A DNA stretch of 63,954 bases, filler included, from Conidiobolus incongruus B7586 (GCA_000697335.1; 10 parts of 10 records of this genome joined end to end with filler, not necessarily neighbours in it), one strand, 5' to 3'. Positions 11,545 through 25,238 are shown, counted from the whole stretch's first letter. The notes: generated from the letters alone by a model not told the origin. Numbers and translations are program-made.

Positions 11545-13366
11545 GTTGAAAATTGACTAAATAAATCAATGGTGCATTTAGGGAATCAAGGTTTTTTATA
11601 ATGACATATAAGGAAAAAAATCGTAAGGTCATAACAAAAATTGAGTTAGATGATAAATGTTGGTATAAATGATAAGGAGTTTAATCAAAGATTGCACTCT
11701 GTCACACTTTTAGTCAAATTTCCATATTTTCACTCAAGCTCATTCTGGTTCAATAAAATTCTCATTTAACAAGCCAATAATACACATCAGAGATTTAAAT
11801 ATAGTTAATTGGTCTAGGGAGATTTGGATTAGATTTAGATTTGACACAATCCTGAATGATAATGATTCATTATCTTTAAAATTAAATTATGATACCAGAA
11901 TGAAAGCCTATATTCATAAAATGAAGTATTGAGGCAGGCATGTTATGGGATGATGGAGTCTATTTATTTATATTAATTCAAAATATTAATCAATTATAGA
12001 TTATAATATTTGTTATTGTGTAAAATGCATATATATAATTTGTAATATATTCAATAATATTATTACACTGCATTTATGAACAACTGGTTAAATATTAATG
12101 AATCAATGAATTTAATTAAGTAATGATTTTCAATATAATTAAATTAAATATGTGCATTTAGATAAAAATTACTCCAATTGTTAAGTGATATTTTATTATT
12201 AGTCTGACTATTTAACAAGGTTTTTATACATATCACAAGTATGTAATTATTCTAATATAATTAATGTATTTTTAAGAACATGGTGAGATATGCTGAAATA
12301 TAATTTATTGATTATTTTTCAATTTTTATAATCTTATTATTTTAATATTAACGGTTTGAAAAATTTTTCATGTTGTTGAATAATATTAGTTCTAAAATAT
12401 AACTAAATTTGATGATTATAAATTCAGGTTATCTATTTGATATATCAGTTTTTCATATTAAAATTAGTTTGTTTATTCAGATTTCAAATTAAACTAAAAT
12501 GCAAGATTAAAATTAAAAGTAATTTGTATAATTTTATATCAAACAAGAAGTGAAATATTTAAAAATATTTTAATATATCTAATAGCTAATAGTATTATAT
12601 TTGAAATTAATGAAATTGTATTATCTTTCATCTCATAATTATCATAATTTAATCTTTGCAATTTTTAACCAAATAACTGTTACCAATTGTTCAATAAATT
12701 CAAATTTTCATCGTTTTTATTGTTTATATAGCTAAACTTGCACTCTATATTATTTGTGAGTGTAGTAAAGGAGTGAATGAATTATATGTCAATATTTAAA
12801 TACATTGTTTTATAAAATATTTCAAATTATTTATCGAGCTATATTTTTTCTATAGTAATCAGCATTATATATTTTTGGTGATTTTTTATGTTCGGATGAT
12901 TGTGGAACTTTCAACTCTTCAACTGTTGAATAATTCAAGTTTTATTTTTAATGTTTATATACTTTAAATTTTGTTCAACATTTTCTCCATTTTAGCTGCT
13001 AATATTTGAATATATTTCATAGCTTAGAACAATGTTATCATCGTTATATTGATATTATTTTTATTTTTTAAATTAATGATGAAATCAAAAAAAAATAATA
13101 TAGTAATTTATTATAACCGATCAACACAATGGATAAAATAGATAAAATAATTAGATATATTAATTCATAGAATATATTTATAGAGCTATAACTTTATATA
13201 TTAATTATAATTTAAAATTTATATAATGACAATTTATTAATCTATATTTAGGATATAATTATATAATAAATATAATAATTATAATATTAACACAGAGATT
13301 AAATAATGATAAAAATTTTAAAACTAAAAATAAATAAATTATAAAAATTAATATATAATATAAATG

Positions 13367-13466
13367 NNNNNNNNNNNNNNNNNNNNNNNNNNNNNNNNNN
13401 NNNNNNNNNNTTAATTAATTAANNNNNNNNNNNNNNNNNNNNNNNNNNNNNNNNNNNNNNNNNNNN
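13367..13466. other. Artificial scaffold gap linker
   Basis: N44-TTAATTAATTAA-N44. Confidence 0.97.
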
Positions 13467-14033
13467 TTTTTACAAATCCCTTAAAATAAATATTTTATTA
13501 ATCAATAAATTTTAGCTATTATAATAGATTATAATTATATATATTATTTTTATTTAATTCTTAAAAGAATATTAATAACTATAAACCTTATATTGTTTTT
13601 TAAATAAAGTTTCTTTTAATTAATACGTTATTATAATTTAAATACCACTGTTATTTTGCATAATAATATAAAATATATAAATTTAAAACTGTTAAAAATT
13701 TTCTAATTAAAAATAACTAGAAAAAAACTACCATATCTAGTATATTCTTTAAATTATAGCTTAGGTAATTAAAACAGCATTAAATAATCAAAAAATTAGC
13801 TTTTAAAAAAAATTTCTATAGGAAAATTTAATTGGTTTATAATATAATAAATATTAGTCTTAAATAAAAAGATTTATTTTTTATATTTTAAAAGTTTCCT
13901 AAAAATATAGCAAAAAGTTATTAATAATAAAAAAACTATTAAATTTATATTATATTATTATTTTTATATATTATATATCAAAATATATATTTATTTTTAT
14001 TTGCAAAAAATTCCCATTATTCAAAATACATAG
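13467..14033 (+). mobile_element. Mariner relic, 3' half (subfamily B)
   Basis: Matches 21765-22333 (ATTTTGCATA..., CTACCATATCTAGTATATTCTT = decayed LPHPVYSP). Ends in TIR AAAAAATTCCCATTATTCAAAATACATAG followed by TA. Confidence 0.85.
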
Positions 14034-14850
14034 TAATATTAATAATTGAAATTTTAAAATTAATAATTATTTTTTTTGTAAAGTAAATAACAAAATAGAT
14101 TAAAATTGTCAATCTAATATTATCAAGATATATTTGATTAGTATATTAGTAATATTATTTTATATTTGTATATAAGGTATTTAAATAATAATTGTAATTA
14201 AAGTTTTAAAAATATTTTAATTTCAAAATTTTGATGATAATATCAATAATAATAATAAATATTAAAAAAATAAATTGTCGAAAAGTATTATTAAAATATT
14301 TAAAGTTTATTGATTTGAAAATTTGAATATATATATATATATAAACTACAACTTAATTATGATCTATTAATATTTATATTATTAGAAATTGTATAAACCT
14401 ATTTACAATTGATTGATATGCAATAAACAATGTTAAAATGAAAAGGCGTTTTAAATTGCTTGCAAATTAAGGTTTTCAAATGAAAAAAAAATTAAGAGGT
14501 ATTAAAATTGAATAAAGATTCAAAATTGATGTTAAAATATTCATTAAATTGATAAAAAGTTTTAAATATTTATGGCAATAATATAATTATTCTTATCTTT
14601 ATTATTATTATTGTTTAATATAAAATTATATTGTATTTTTTTCTATATCATAGTAGTATATTAAAATTGTAAGTTATTTATTAAATTAATAAAAGTTAGA
14701 GGAATGATTGATTAATGTATCATTATTGTATTCATAAATATCTTTCAAAATATTTATATTGTTCATAATTAAATTAGAGTGTTAGAAACTATTGTGTGAA
14801 TATCAATTTCATGTGCAGGACCTTATTGATAGTTTAATGGATTTAGTAAA

Positions 14851-15660
14851 TTAGGCGTGATTTGCAAATACCGTGGTGGCATACCCATCAACCATGCCCG
14901 ATCCCATGAATTTGTAGTCTCCAAGCATATTTTCCAAGTGAGGTGGTGAGCCATTCCAAGCGTTGACAGCATCATGACTTGTATAAGTTCCAGCAGCTGC
15001 GTTCTCTGCAAGACTGCCAGGCTCAAATCTAAGTTTAATCAAATTGTCGCGTATAGTAGTACCATTAGGACGATCATGTGTCATTTTTTTGATATCAGCT
15101 TGATATTTGGCTTGATCGTAAGCCTCTCGATTGAGAGCAGGACTAAGTTGTAAGGGACTCTTGCCATGCTGAGCACGGATCCTATTAATTTCTTCCAATA
15201 CATCTTCTGGCTTATATCGAGGATCCATAACTGGTGTTTGAGGAGCGCTAGAGCCTGGAGCTGGTGTTTCAGGTTTTTGTTCAGGTTCTGATTCTGGCTC
15301 TGGTTTCGCCTCTGGGACTTCCATTCTGTCCTCTTTCTCTTCTTCGTTTGATTCAGGAGTAGGGGCCTTAGTTTCATCAACTTGAGGAGTAGATTCGGCC
15401 TTAGTGGGAATTTCTTCCTTAATTACGGGTTTGGGTGCTTCCATAGCATCTGCACGTGGTGTAACTGGAGCAGAAGGTGTGGGAGCAGGGATAGCAGCCT
15501 TTCGTTTACGGACACATTTGAGAATTTTAGTAGGAGATGTGTTTGGCTTAGTTTCAGAACCACCGGGAATTTTAACTTGATGATTTTCACCGTTATGAGC
15601 CACTGATGGACCCATTTGAACTAGGATCATTAATAAAGCAACAATATTTTTAGTCAACAT
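14851..15660 (-). CDS. Secreted CAP/SCP (PR-1-like) domain protein with Pro/Glu-rich linker
   Basis: N-terminal signal peptide and P/E/T-rich spacer. C-terminal CAP motifs INRIRAQHGKSPLQLSPALNREA, MTHD, AENAA and WNGSPPHLENML. Confidence 0.9.
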   Translation of the reverse strand: MLTKNIVALLMILVQMGPSVAHNGENHQVKIPGGSETKPNTSPTKILKCVRKRKAAIPAPTPSAPVTPRADAMEAPKPVIKEEIPTKAESTPQVDETKAPTPESNEEEKEDRMEVPEAKPEPESEPEQKPETPAPGSSAPQTPVMDPRYKPEDVLEEINRIRAQHGKSPLQLSPALNREAYDQAKYQADIKKMTHDRPNGTTIRDNLIKLRFEPGSLAENAAAGTYTSHDAVNAWNGSPPHLENMLGDYKFMGSGMVDGYATTVFANHA

Positions 15661-18600
15661 GATTATTAATTAAACGAAAAATTCAAAGAGAGTAAATTAT
15701 AGAACCAATTTTATAAAAATAATGGTAAGGAAAAAGTTGCAAACAAAGGGAAAAGATAAAACAGTTATACAGAAGACCCAGTCTTTTGTAGCTGAGGCAG
15801 AGTGATGATCTTATCTATCACAGTGAGATCATTCATGTATTTATATTTTCGAACGGAATCAACCCCCATTTGTAAATATAATGCGCCAATCAATTAATTT
15901 TAGTATTACAGTAATTGTGAGATTGATATTGCCAACACCTCATCAATCCCAAAGTTTCCATTTATTATCATCCGCCCAGTGACCGCCTAATTTATTATGA
16001 AAACTGAATTTCACAGTTGCATAACATTTAACAATATGAACTGCAATAAATAACAACTCTTTAACAAATTATTTCAAATATTAATAATTTGATTTTTATC
16101 TAATTAGAGTAGTATAAAGTAAATATGATTAACATACTGAATCAAACACAAAAAGCTCATAATATATCTAATATTCAAATTAATATTAATTAATTGATTT
16201 TTTTAAAATTCGTTAAATAGTCATAAAATTATCTAAATTTAATAATATTCAAATTATATTTGAAAAAATATAAAATTAATTAAATCTAATAGAATATATT
16301 TAATTAAAGCAAAATTTTTATTTAATACATGATCAAATTTAAATATTAGAATTTAATTTCATTGATTATAAAATATGAATATAAGTAAGCAATTTTATTG
16401 GTTGAATCTTTAAATGATAACCAGAAAAATATAAAAAAGAGGCGTAAGTCAAGATAATCATTCTCTATTATCAGAAAAATGTTCAATTAACATTCGAATA
16501 TGAATAAAAATGTAGCTAAACTTTTTGAATTATATTCTAAATTATTATCAATATTAATGATTTATTGAATTTTGAATGTTTGAATAATAAATAAATAAAT
16601 AAATAATGTTATTATAAACTTAATGCCATTCTAAAAGCTAATGGAATGCTATTAGATTTTTTAGTGAAATATTTTGACCTTGTAATTCATATGTAACAAT
16701 TATATGTTTTAGTTATATTTTATAAGTAATACTAATGTATCATTATTATTTGTTTAGAAGCAACAAGCTTGGTTATATTTGTAGAATATCAAAATATTAT
16801 CTCATCTGATTTGATATATTTTAGATGATCACACTGTATTTACATTTAAAATTTTATTTGATCCATAATTTAATCATATCAAAGATTAGAACTGTTATAA
16901 TATTATAGTATTATTTTATGGCTGCATCTTGGAAAATATAATTATTTACAAACAAGTTTGGATATTAAGAGATTATAAATTTTCTTGTATTATAATAAAC
17001 AGTTTTTAGATCTCATCAACTTTATACAAACCTTGTTTGTGATATTCTGAATAATATTTAATTCTTCCATGTAAAAATTAAAATGACGCCCAACTTTAAT
17101 CAACTAACCATTCTTGAACAGTTTCTGATACTTGATAATCTACTATATTAAAAGGATATAAGTGACTTCTGAACGAGTATGATATCATTTAAAGATATAT
17201 AGTTGACAAAATATTCAACAATATTATCAATATATATATTATTCAATCACATTAGTTCAAGATTGATCTGAAATCTTATATTGACAATATGATTCAAAAT
17301 ATAATCATTTAAAATCTTTTATAATCCTTATTATAAAAGTATCAAAATCATCAACAAATCTATTGGATTTAAAAAAAGCTCATTTTTAATCATTTTTTTC
17401 TGACAACTTGAGAAATTTGGAAATTATGATACATAAATATTTGTTATTAAAACTGAAATATGGATTGTTTAATTTTCTGTTAAACGATGCAGCATAATAT
17501 ATAATTTAACTTCCTTGATGGTTCAATTTAATGCAAAATATTGAAAATAAAAATTTGAATTATGAAATCATGTTTTGACCTGTCAAATTATAATCCAGAA
17601 CATGAATTTCAATTTCAATAATTTATTATATTTTGATTAAATATAATATGCTTTATAATTATTTAAAAGTATAAAGATTTTAAAATCCTAGTTATTATAC
17701 TTTGATATTTCAATGGTTAATAATAAGGTTTCTTTAAGTGATTTGAATAATCTTAAATAATATTATTTCAATAGTACCTGTATGTTAAGAGTAAATATTT
17801 AACAGTGTCATATATTGATTGATATATTTACAAATTGAGGTAAATGATCGTGTTTTTATTACAAATTTGGATCAAAATTATGTAAAATACGAGGTTAGAA
17901 TAAACTTCAATATATTCTATTACATCATATTAAATTCTATTATATTATTCTAATATAGCTTAATTTGAATAATGTTTAGGTAATATTTTATTTAGTAAGT
18001 ATACCTATTTGTTGACTATATATTGTCCAAATACCAATATTAAAATTGAATAAAATGAACAATTTTAAACAATTATATTTATTGTAATTTTTACAATTTA
18101 ATTTATTACTTACCAGTTTTTAAATATAATGCTTAATCTATTTCTTGAAAATTTCAAAATGATAAATTTATAAATATTATATTAAAGTCAATATATTTAT
18201 TCATTTAATTTTATAAAGCTGTTAATCGGATTATTTTGAACCAATGAAATGAACAATTTGTTGATTATAATATATTAAAGTCTTCATCAACTAATGGCAC
18301 TCAATTTTTTCAATATATTTTATTCAATACAATATTTGAAAGATGTGTTTAAACTGAACCAATGATGATCTTAGTATAAACCTAATGATTATTAAATTTT
18401 TTAATATTTTATAAATATCAATCCTAACAAATTATATAAAAACTGTATAATACACAAAAATTATAAAATATCATTGTTCATCACATCTCATTTTAAAAAG
18501 TCATGCAAATGAATTTTGAATCAATTTTTATAAAAGGATCGAATAATAAATATAAATATACATTTATTACTCTTTTTACAAACCATATAAAGAATATATT

Positions 18601-19723
18601 TAAACTGAAAACCTCTAATTCATTTGTATTTCAATAAAGTATTCGTAATTGATTGAAAATGACACTATGAAATTTAATGAGTTGAAAATTGAATCACTCA
18701 TTTAACTATGATATTCAAATTATATAAATTGAATACTCTAACTTTAAATATGACACATTTATTTTTAAATATATTTACAAATATTTTATAAAATATGAAT
18801 TGATATATAATTAATGAATTAATTTCTATTATGAATATTTAATCAAAAAACCTTATTAATTAATATATAATTAATACTCAATATAAATTCTAACTTAAAC
18901 CATGAGTATTTAAAAGTTCACAATTATTGAAACAAATTAATATTTAAAGAAAAATAAATTTAACCACTAATAATAAAGCTAATATAATAGGAAATTAATA
19001 CTTATATATGTGCATTATTAAGTTATAAAAATCTACTTCAATAGAAATATATTTAAAATTCTATTGATCAACCATTAAATAATTTGATATAATAAACTGA
19101 AAATTTATTAATTTCATAAATTTTCAAAAAAAAATTTCAAATAATTATAAAAGGTGAATAAATTATTAAACTATACTTAATAAGTAATTGCAATAACATG
19201 TGAACTTATTAGATAGAATTATCTTTGAAAATCAAGGTATTATAATTTGAATAAAATTGATTTAATACCTTCATATCCACTGGTCCTTACACATGATTTG
19301 ATCATTTTCAACTCCACCATATTATAATAAAGTACAAGATGGTCAAAGTAGCATATTACTTTAAGAATTGATTATTATAATAATATTAATTTGTGTATAT
19401 TAATATATACGAAATATAATAATAAAAGTATTTAGTACTTATTAAATGAGGATTATTTAACAGTCAATAATCATTGAGTGAATTTGATGAAAATAGTTGG
19501 TAAATCATATGACAAAGTCATCAATGGAACGGATCTAGTAATGAAATCATAATTAGTATTAAAAGCCAAATCCTATATTAATTGAAGGTCACAGTGAATC
19601 AATTTAATATGTCTAAATTCCCTATTATTTAATACATTTGAAGTATATAAACCATTTAAGCTACTGGAAGTTCAACTATTTCTTATTTTTTTTGTCAACA
19701 TAATACAAAAAAATATTTTAAAA

Positions 19724-20176
19724 ATGGCACAAGTTTTAAGCAATCAAAATAATTATCTTAATCAAATAAATCAAAGGAATACCGAAAAAGCTTCAAATTT
19801 GAAAGAAGGAACTTATGTTTTTATTAAAAACCAGCCATATAAAATTATTTCAATTTATACCACTCAAACGAATTTAATTCAATTCACTTCTATTCATTCC
19901 TTCTCTGGGGAAAAATTAATTGAATGGTTCGAAGGAACTGATGCTTTAGAAGTTCCTGAAGTTTCCTTTAAAGAATACACTTTAGAAGGTATTGAATCGA
20001 ACTACTTGGTCTTAAAAGATGATCGGAGCACTACGAATAATCACATTCCTTTGCCTAAAGGGATAAATGGTGAAAAAATTCAAAATGCACTGAAAACAAA
20101 TAATGGAAACATTATTATTAAAACAGTTAATATTTTGGGTGAAGAAGGTTTTGATTCATTTTATATAAATAACTAA
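19724..20176 (+). CDS. Divergent eIF5A-like protein lacking the hypusine motif
   Basis: Collinear with the neighbouring eIF5A: ASNLKEGTYVFIKNQPYKI ~ [24 protein letters not shown] ~ FTGKK, EVPEVSFKEYTL ~ [17 protein letters not shown] ~ [14 protein letters not shown] is replaced by QTNL. Intact ORF with TATA at ~19643 and AAAATGG start. Confidence 0.85.
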   Translation: MAQVLSNQNNYLNQINQRNTEKASNLKEGTYVFIKNQPYKIISIYTTQTNLIQFTSIHSFSGEKLIEWFEGTDALEVPEVSFKEYTLEGIESNYLVLKDDRSTTNNHIPLPKGINGEKIQNALKTNNGNIIIKTVNILGEEGFDSFYINN

Positions 20177-21050
20177 TATACTCGAATACTATGAATTGTA
20201 AAATATTTTAATTCATTTTAAGTTTGAGCTAAAATTATATTGGTTTAATAAATGATAAATTTTATATTCTTTAGTTTAAAATTTATATAATTTATCCAAA
20301 AAAAATTTCAATTCATTTCTAATACATAAAGTCTTGATTTTTATGTTATTAAATTAAAATACTATATATGATTAAAAAAATAGGGACAATTTTATATATG
20401 AATAATTTTATTTATTGAGCAAAGAATCACTTAATTCATTATTTTATTGAAAATAATTTATATTTAATTAATATTTCACTTATTATAATATAAAATAATA
20501 ATATAGGTTCCAAAAAATATTTTGAAAAAGCATATATAAAAATCTATACTTCCCTAACTCATAATATACTATTGAATATATTATTAAATTGAACTATTAT
20601 ATTTATGATAGCTTGAGATAGATATTCATTTTTCTGCTATTTTAAAGTGAAAAAAATAATTTAATAATTATTAATAATCAGCCTTTTTATCTTTATATAT
20701 AATATAATGATTATCCTGATATCCCAGTATATTATTTAAAATTTTTTTCAGTTGCTTTTATTTATTATTAAAATGACTTAAAATCTATCAATTATAAACT
20801 ATATCTCTTATTATTTAAAATTTGATTCAATTGATGATATTAATGATGACTCAGATATATAATATAAAGTGGATATTTTAGATATATTGAAATTAAATAT
20901 AAATAGGATATTATTAATCTTTTATAAAAAAATATATTAATCCTGGCATTTTTCCTAATATTATATTATTTATAAAATATTTTATTATATAAACTTAATT
21001 AATAAATAAAGTTTATATATAATTAAAAACTTTTAATTATATTTTTAATA

Positions 21051-21150
21051 NNNNNNNNNNNNNNNNNNNNNNNNNNNNNNNNNNNNNNNNNNNNTTAATT
21101 AATTAANNNNNNNNNNNNNNNNNNNNNNNNNNNNNNNNNNNNNNNNNNNN
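21051..21150. other. Artificial scaffold gap linker
   Basis: N44-TTAATTAATTAA-N44. Confidence 0.97.
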
Positions 21151-22333
21151 TATAATAATTTTTTTGATTAAAAAATTAACTTTTTAAAATTAGTTGTTTA
21201 ATTTAATTATATTTAAACTTAATAATAATCATCAAAAGTTTTTTATTTTAGTATTAATAAAACTTAACTATAAACCCTTTAAAATTATTTAAAATTTATA
21301 AGCAGCTTTTGGTAATAAAATATTATTTAAATTAACAATTTATTACTAGATCAATTACTTTAAAGCTAAAAGAAAAACTATTTAAAACCTGTTAAAATTT
21401 AAAAAACTAACTTTAACTATTACTCTTCTAATTATTAATAGAGTGAAAAAATATATTAAAAAACACTTTTTTATTTTAGTTAAAGAATTATTTAAGTATT
21501 ATAATATTAGTTTTATAAATATTTTATATATATTAAAGTTTAAACTTAAATTAATAAATAAAAATATAAAATAGGTACCTTATAATTTAACTAAAGCTTA
21601 AAAAAAAGCTAGAGTAGTTATTATTAAACAAAACTTACTGAAATATTATTAGAAGCTTAAACTTTTACAGTGAATAATTATAATTAATGAATCTTAAATC
21701 TTTATATATAATCTTTTATTAAAACACAAATCAAAATACTAGATTAAGTTAAATTAACCTCCTCTATAAATCCCTTTAAATAAATATTTTGTTAATAAAT
21801 AAATATTAATTATTGTAATAAATTATAATAGTTTATGCTACTCTTATTTAGTTTTTGAAGGAAAATTAATTAATAGTAAATTTTATATTGTTTTTTTAAA
21901 TAAAAGTATTTTTAATTAGTGTTCTTAATATAATTTAAGAAAACTTATTATTTTGCATAATAATTATAAAATTCATAAATTTAAAGCTATAAAAAACTTT
22001 CTAATTAAAAATAATTGGAAAAAACTACTACATCTAGTATATTCTTTAGATTATAACTTATGTAATTATAATTGCTTTAAGTAATTAAAAAACTAGCTTA
22101 CAGGAAAAAAATTTCTACAAGAAAATTTAATTGGTTTGTAAAATATCAAATTTTAGTCTTTAATAAAAAAAACTATTTTTTAGGTGTTAGATCTTTGCTA
22201 AAAGTATAGCAAAAAGTTATTAATAATAAAAGAAACTATTAAATTTATATTATATATTTATTTTTATATATTATATATTAAAATATTTATTTATTTTCAA
22301 TCACAAAAAATTCCAATTATTAAAAATACAGAG
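21151..22333 (+). mobile_element. Near full-length mariner relic (subfamily B)
   Basis: K*VPYNLTKA*KKARV at ~21570 is a decayed WVPHxL linker motif. Also IINES*IFIYN and IILHNN. Right TIR ...TTCCAATTATTAAAAATACAGAG followed by TA. Confidence 0.9.
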
Positions 22334-23294
22334 TAATATTAATTAAATGATTTTTCATTAGAATTTATATTTATTATATAAGTACTAAAATAATAAAGCT
22401 TATATTACAGAAATTTATATTACTTAGTTTTATTGTTATTAATATTATTATTCTTTGTTTCATATATTAAAATTTAATTATAACAATTAATGTATTGATA
22501 GTTATATTAATAGTTCAATATATCATAAAGTTATTAATGAATATAGTTTACTAATTACATATAATTTTAAGTCCCATAAAATATTTTAAAAATTAATTTT
22601 ATAAAAATTTTATCACTCAACAATTTTCATTAATATATACATATATAAATATATTATAATTTATTAATAGAAAAAAAAATAAATATAAAATATTCACATT
22701 AAAATTCAATATAATAAAATTTTTTTAATAAGTATTAAATTTAGTAAATTTAATAATTTGAGAAAATTCAATTAAAATAGTAATTAATATTTAACTCGTT
22801 AATACTGTATTTTTGATGAAGCATTTATTTATAAGCCTACACTCTCAAATAATCATTGTCAATTTCTTTTATTTATTAATTATTTCACATAAATTATTTA
22901 ATATATATAATGACAGATATTTGATAATGAAATAGAAAATTTAATTTTTAAACTTTGTATTGTTAAGATTCACTTTTATAAAATTACTAAATATATATTA
23001 AAATAAAATTTTACACAAAGATTAATAATAATTATAGTATTTAATATGAGTGAAAAATAGATGAAAATATTAAAAAAGAATAAAATATAGACAGAATAGT
23101 TTCTTTTTCATTAAATACAAAAGCAAATAATAGTACTGAATAGGAAAAAAAACTTCAATATAAAATTTTCTAAAAGTGATTTAATTAAAGTTTATCATAG
23201 AATAATAAATTCAATTAAAATTAAAAAGATAGTATTACCTGAAACTTACGAAATAATGAAACATTTTTAAGTTCTAAATAAAAAATGAAGCTGT

Positions 23295-23762
23295 TTATTT
23301 AGAGGATTGGCGAACAGATAAAGCGTGTTCTTCACCCATAGCAGAAACAACGGTAACGAGAACATCACCTTCAGCGTTTTCGAAAGCTTCTTCAATTTGT
23401 TGACCAATTTCTCCTTCAGGAAGACGGACATCATCCTTCATATTACCATCACTGTCCATCAAATTCAAGAAACCATCATCAATGTTGATTAAAGTGTATT
23501 CGTTACGACCAACATTGGGGACATCCATGTTGTGAGTGGAGGGAGAAACATCTTCGTACTTCTTACCAGTGAAGATATCGATAGCAACCAAGTTAACCTT
23601 AGCGTGTCCGTGCTTACCAGTCTTGGAGGTGGACATATCAACAATCTTACAGGGACGACCTTTGATAACAACGTGTCCGTTCTTACGTAAAGCGGAACAT
23701 TGCATGGGATAGGTAAGGGAAGCTCCGGAGGAGGCTTGTTCGAAAGTATGATCGTCTTCCAT
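23295..23762 (-). CDS. TIF51: Translation factor eIF5A (copy 1)
   Basis: [12 protein letters not shown] hypusine motif and full-length eIF5A. Start placed at the Met shared with copy 2; an upstream in-frame ATG exists at 23810. Confidence 0.97.
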   Translation of the reverse strand: MEDDHTFEQASSGASLTYPMQCSALRKNGHVVIKGRPCKIVDMSTSKTGKHGHAKVNLVAIDIFTGKKYEDVSPSTHNMDVPNVGRNEYTLINIDDGFLNLMDSDGNMKDDVRLPEGEIGQQIEEAFENAEGDVLVTVVSAMGEEHALSVRQSSK

Positions 23763-25238
23763 TGTAATATAATCTATTGATTTGTGTGAAGGCTGCTGAG
23801 AGAGGCTCATTTCCTATAATTCTTCTAAAATTACATAAATAACTTTCTTAAAATATTAAATTATGGGTTTCTCCAACATTTTTAATTCAAACATCATCTG
23901 ATTTCTTTTAAATCAATTATGATCAGTAATAATAGTCAATATAAACAATATACCATTCATTATAAAATATATATTTTAACAAAATACTTTTATTTATAAA
24001 CTTAGTTTAGGTTATATAATCTCAAATAAAGTCAATATATTAATTAATTATAATCTTAAATTTAAATATTTGATTAATTAAAACTATGGTGTAATTCTAA
24101 TTGATAAATTTCAAATGAAAAATATATAGTATTGATTTTTTTTGGAGTTTAATAATAAAAATTGATAATAAACGAGTATACAAATTTAATATAATATTTT
24201 TGCAAATTTTATGAATAGATGCTGATATGAAAAATTGGTTTTTATATGAATTCTGTTTGATAATTAAAGTTTAAAATTTCACATCAAAATATATTTTTTG
24301 ATTGAAATGGATTGATAAATATGGATATTTAATGATATAGTTTATAGCAACCTATTGGGTATGCATTAAATAAATAAGCAAGATATACAATCGAATGATT
24401 TAGGATATGAATAATATTATGTTAAATATCTAACTTGATATACTTTAAACTTGAAGAAAAAGAAATTTAAATCCATCATGAAAAAATATGTGATTAAAAA
24501 TATTCAAGTTCGAAGAGTTTGATTTATCAAACTTAGCAAACAATAAAACAGCTTGAAAATCTAATATAATGAAAATCTATTCTAAGAGAGATAACTTGGG
24601 ACCATTGAAAGATTTTGAAAAATTATATTATGTATTTTGGTTAAAATATATACAATGAAAAAATTGATGTATCGAAGTGGAATAAAATATGATAAATTAA
24701 TGTCTTAAATCGAATTTTAGAATAAATTTCAAGTTGATATAAGTGATCAAATATGTGTTTGAATGAATTATAACTGTAATTTTTGATTGGAATTAAGTTG
24801 AAGAGATATAAAAATTGATCATATTAATTTAGTTATGAAAGAATCAAAACTGGAAAATAAAACAATAGAGAGTAAATTATTTCAGGATCTCTATCTCGAT
24901 AGAGCTAATTCAATATTAAAACTGATGTAAAAATGAACGTAGGAAAAGATACTCAAAGTTCACATAATAATATAGAAACTACTAGTTCATATGATTAACG
25001 AAACAAAAAATATAATGAAAATAATACCAAATAAAAGTAAGATAAAAAGTAAATACTAAAAGTAGATTCAAATGTGAAGGGATTCATTATTGATAAATGA
25101 TTCTAATAGCACTAAAATATTCAATATAGATAAGTATAGCGAGAGGTGTATAAATTAAATTAACAGAATATTTACCTTATTTCCGGAGCTATTGTGAATT
25201 ATTTAACAATTGAAAAGAAAAAAAATAAAATGTACAGT

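Noticed and set aside
19724..20176. HEX-1 (Woronin body protein) call
   Set aside because: No C-terminal PTS1 (ends YINN) and no recognisable HEX-1-specific sequence; only an analogous derivation from eIF5A.
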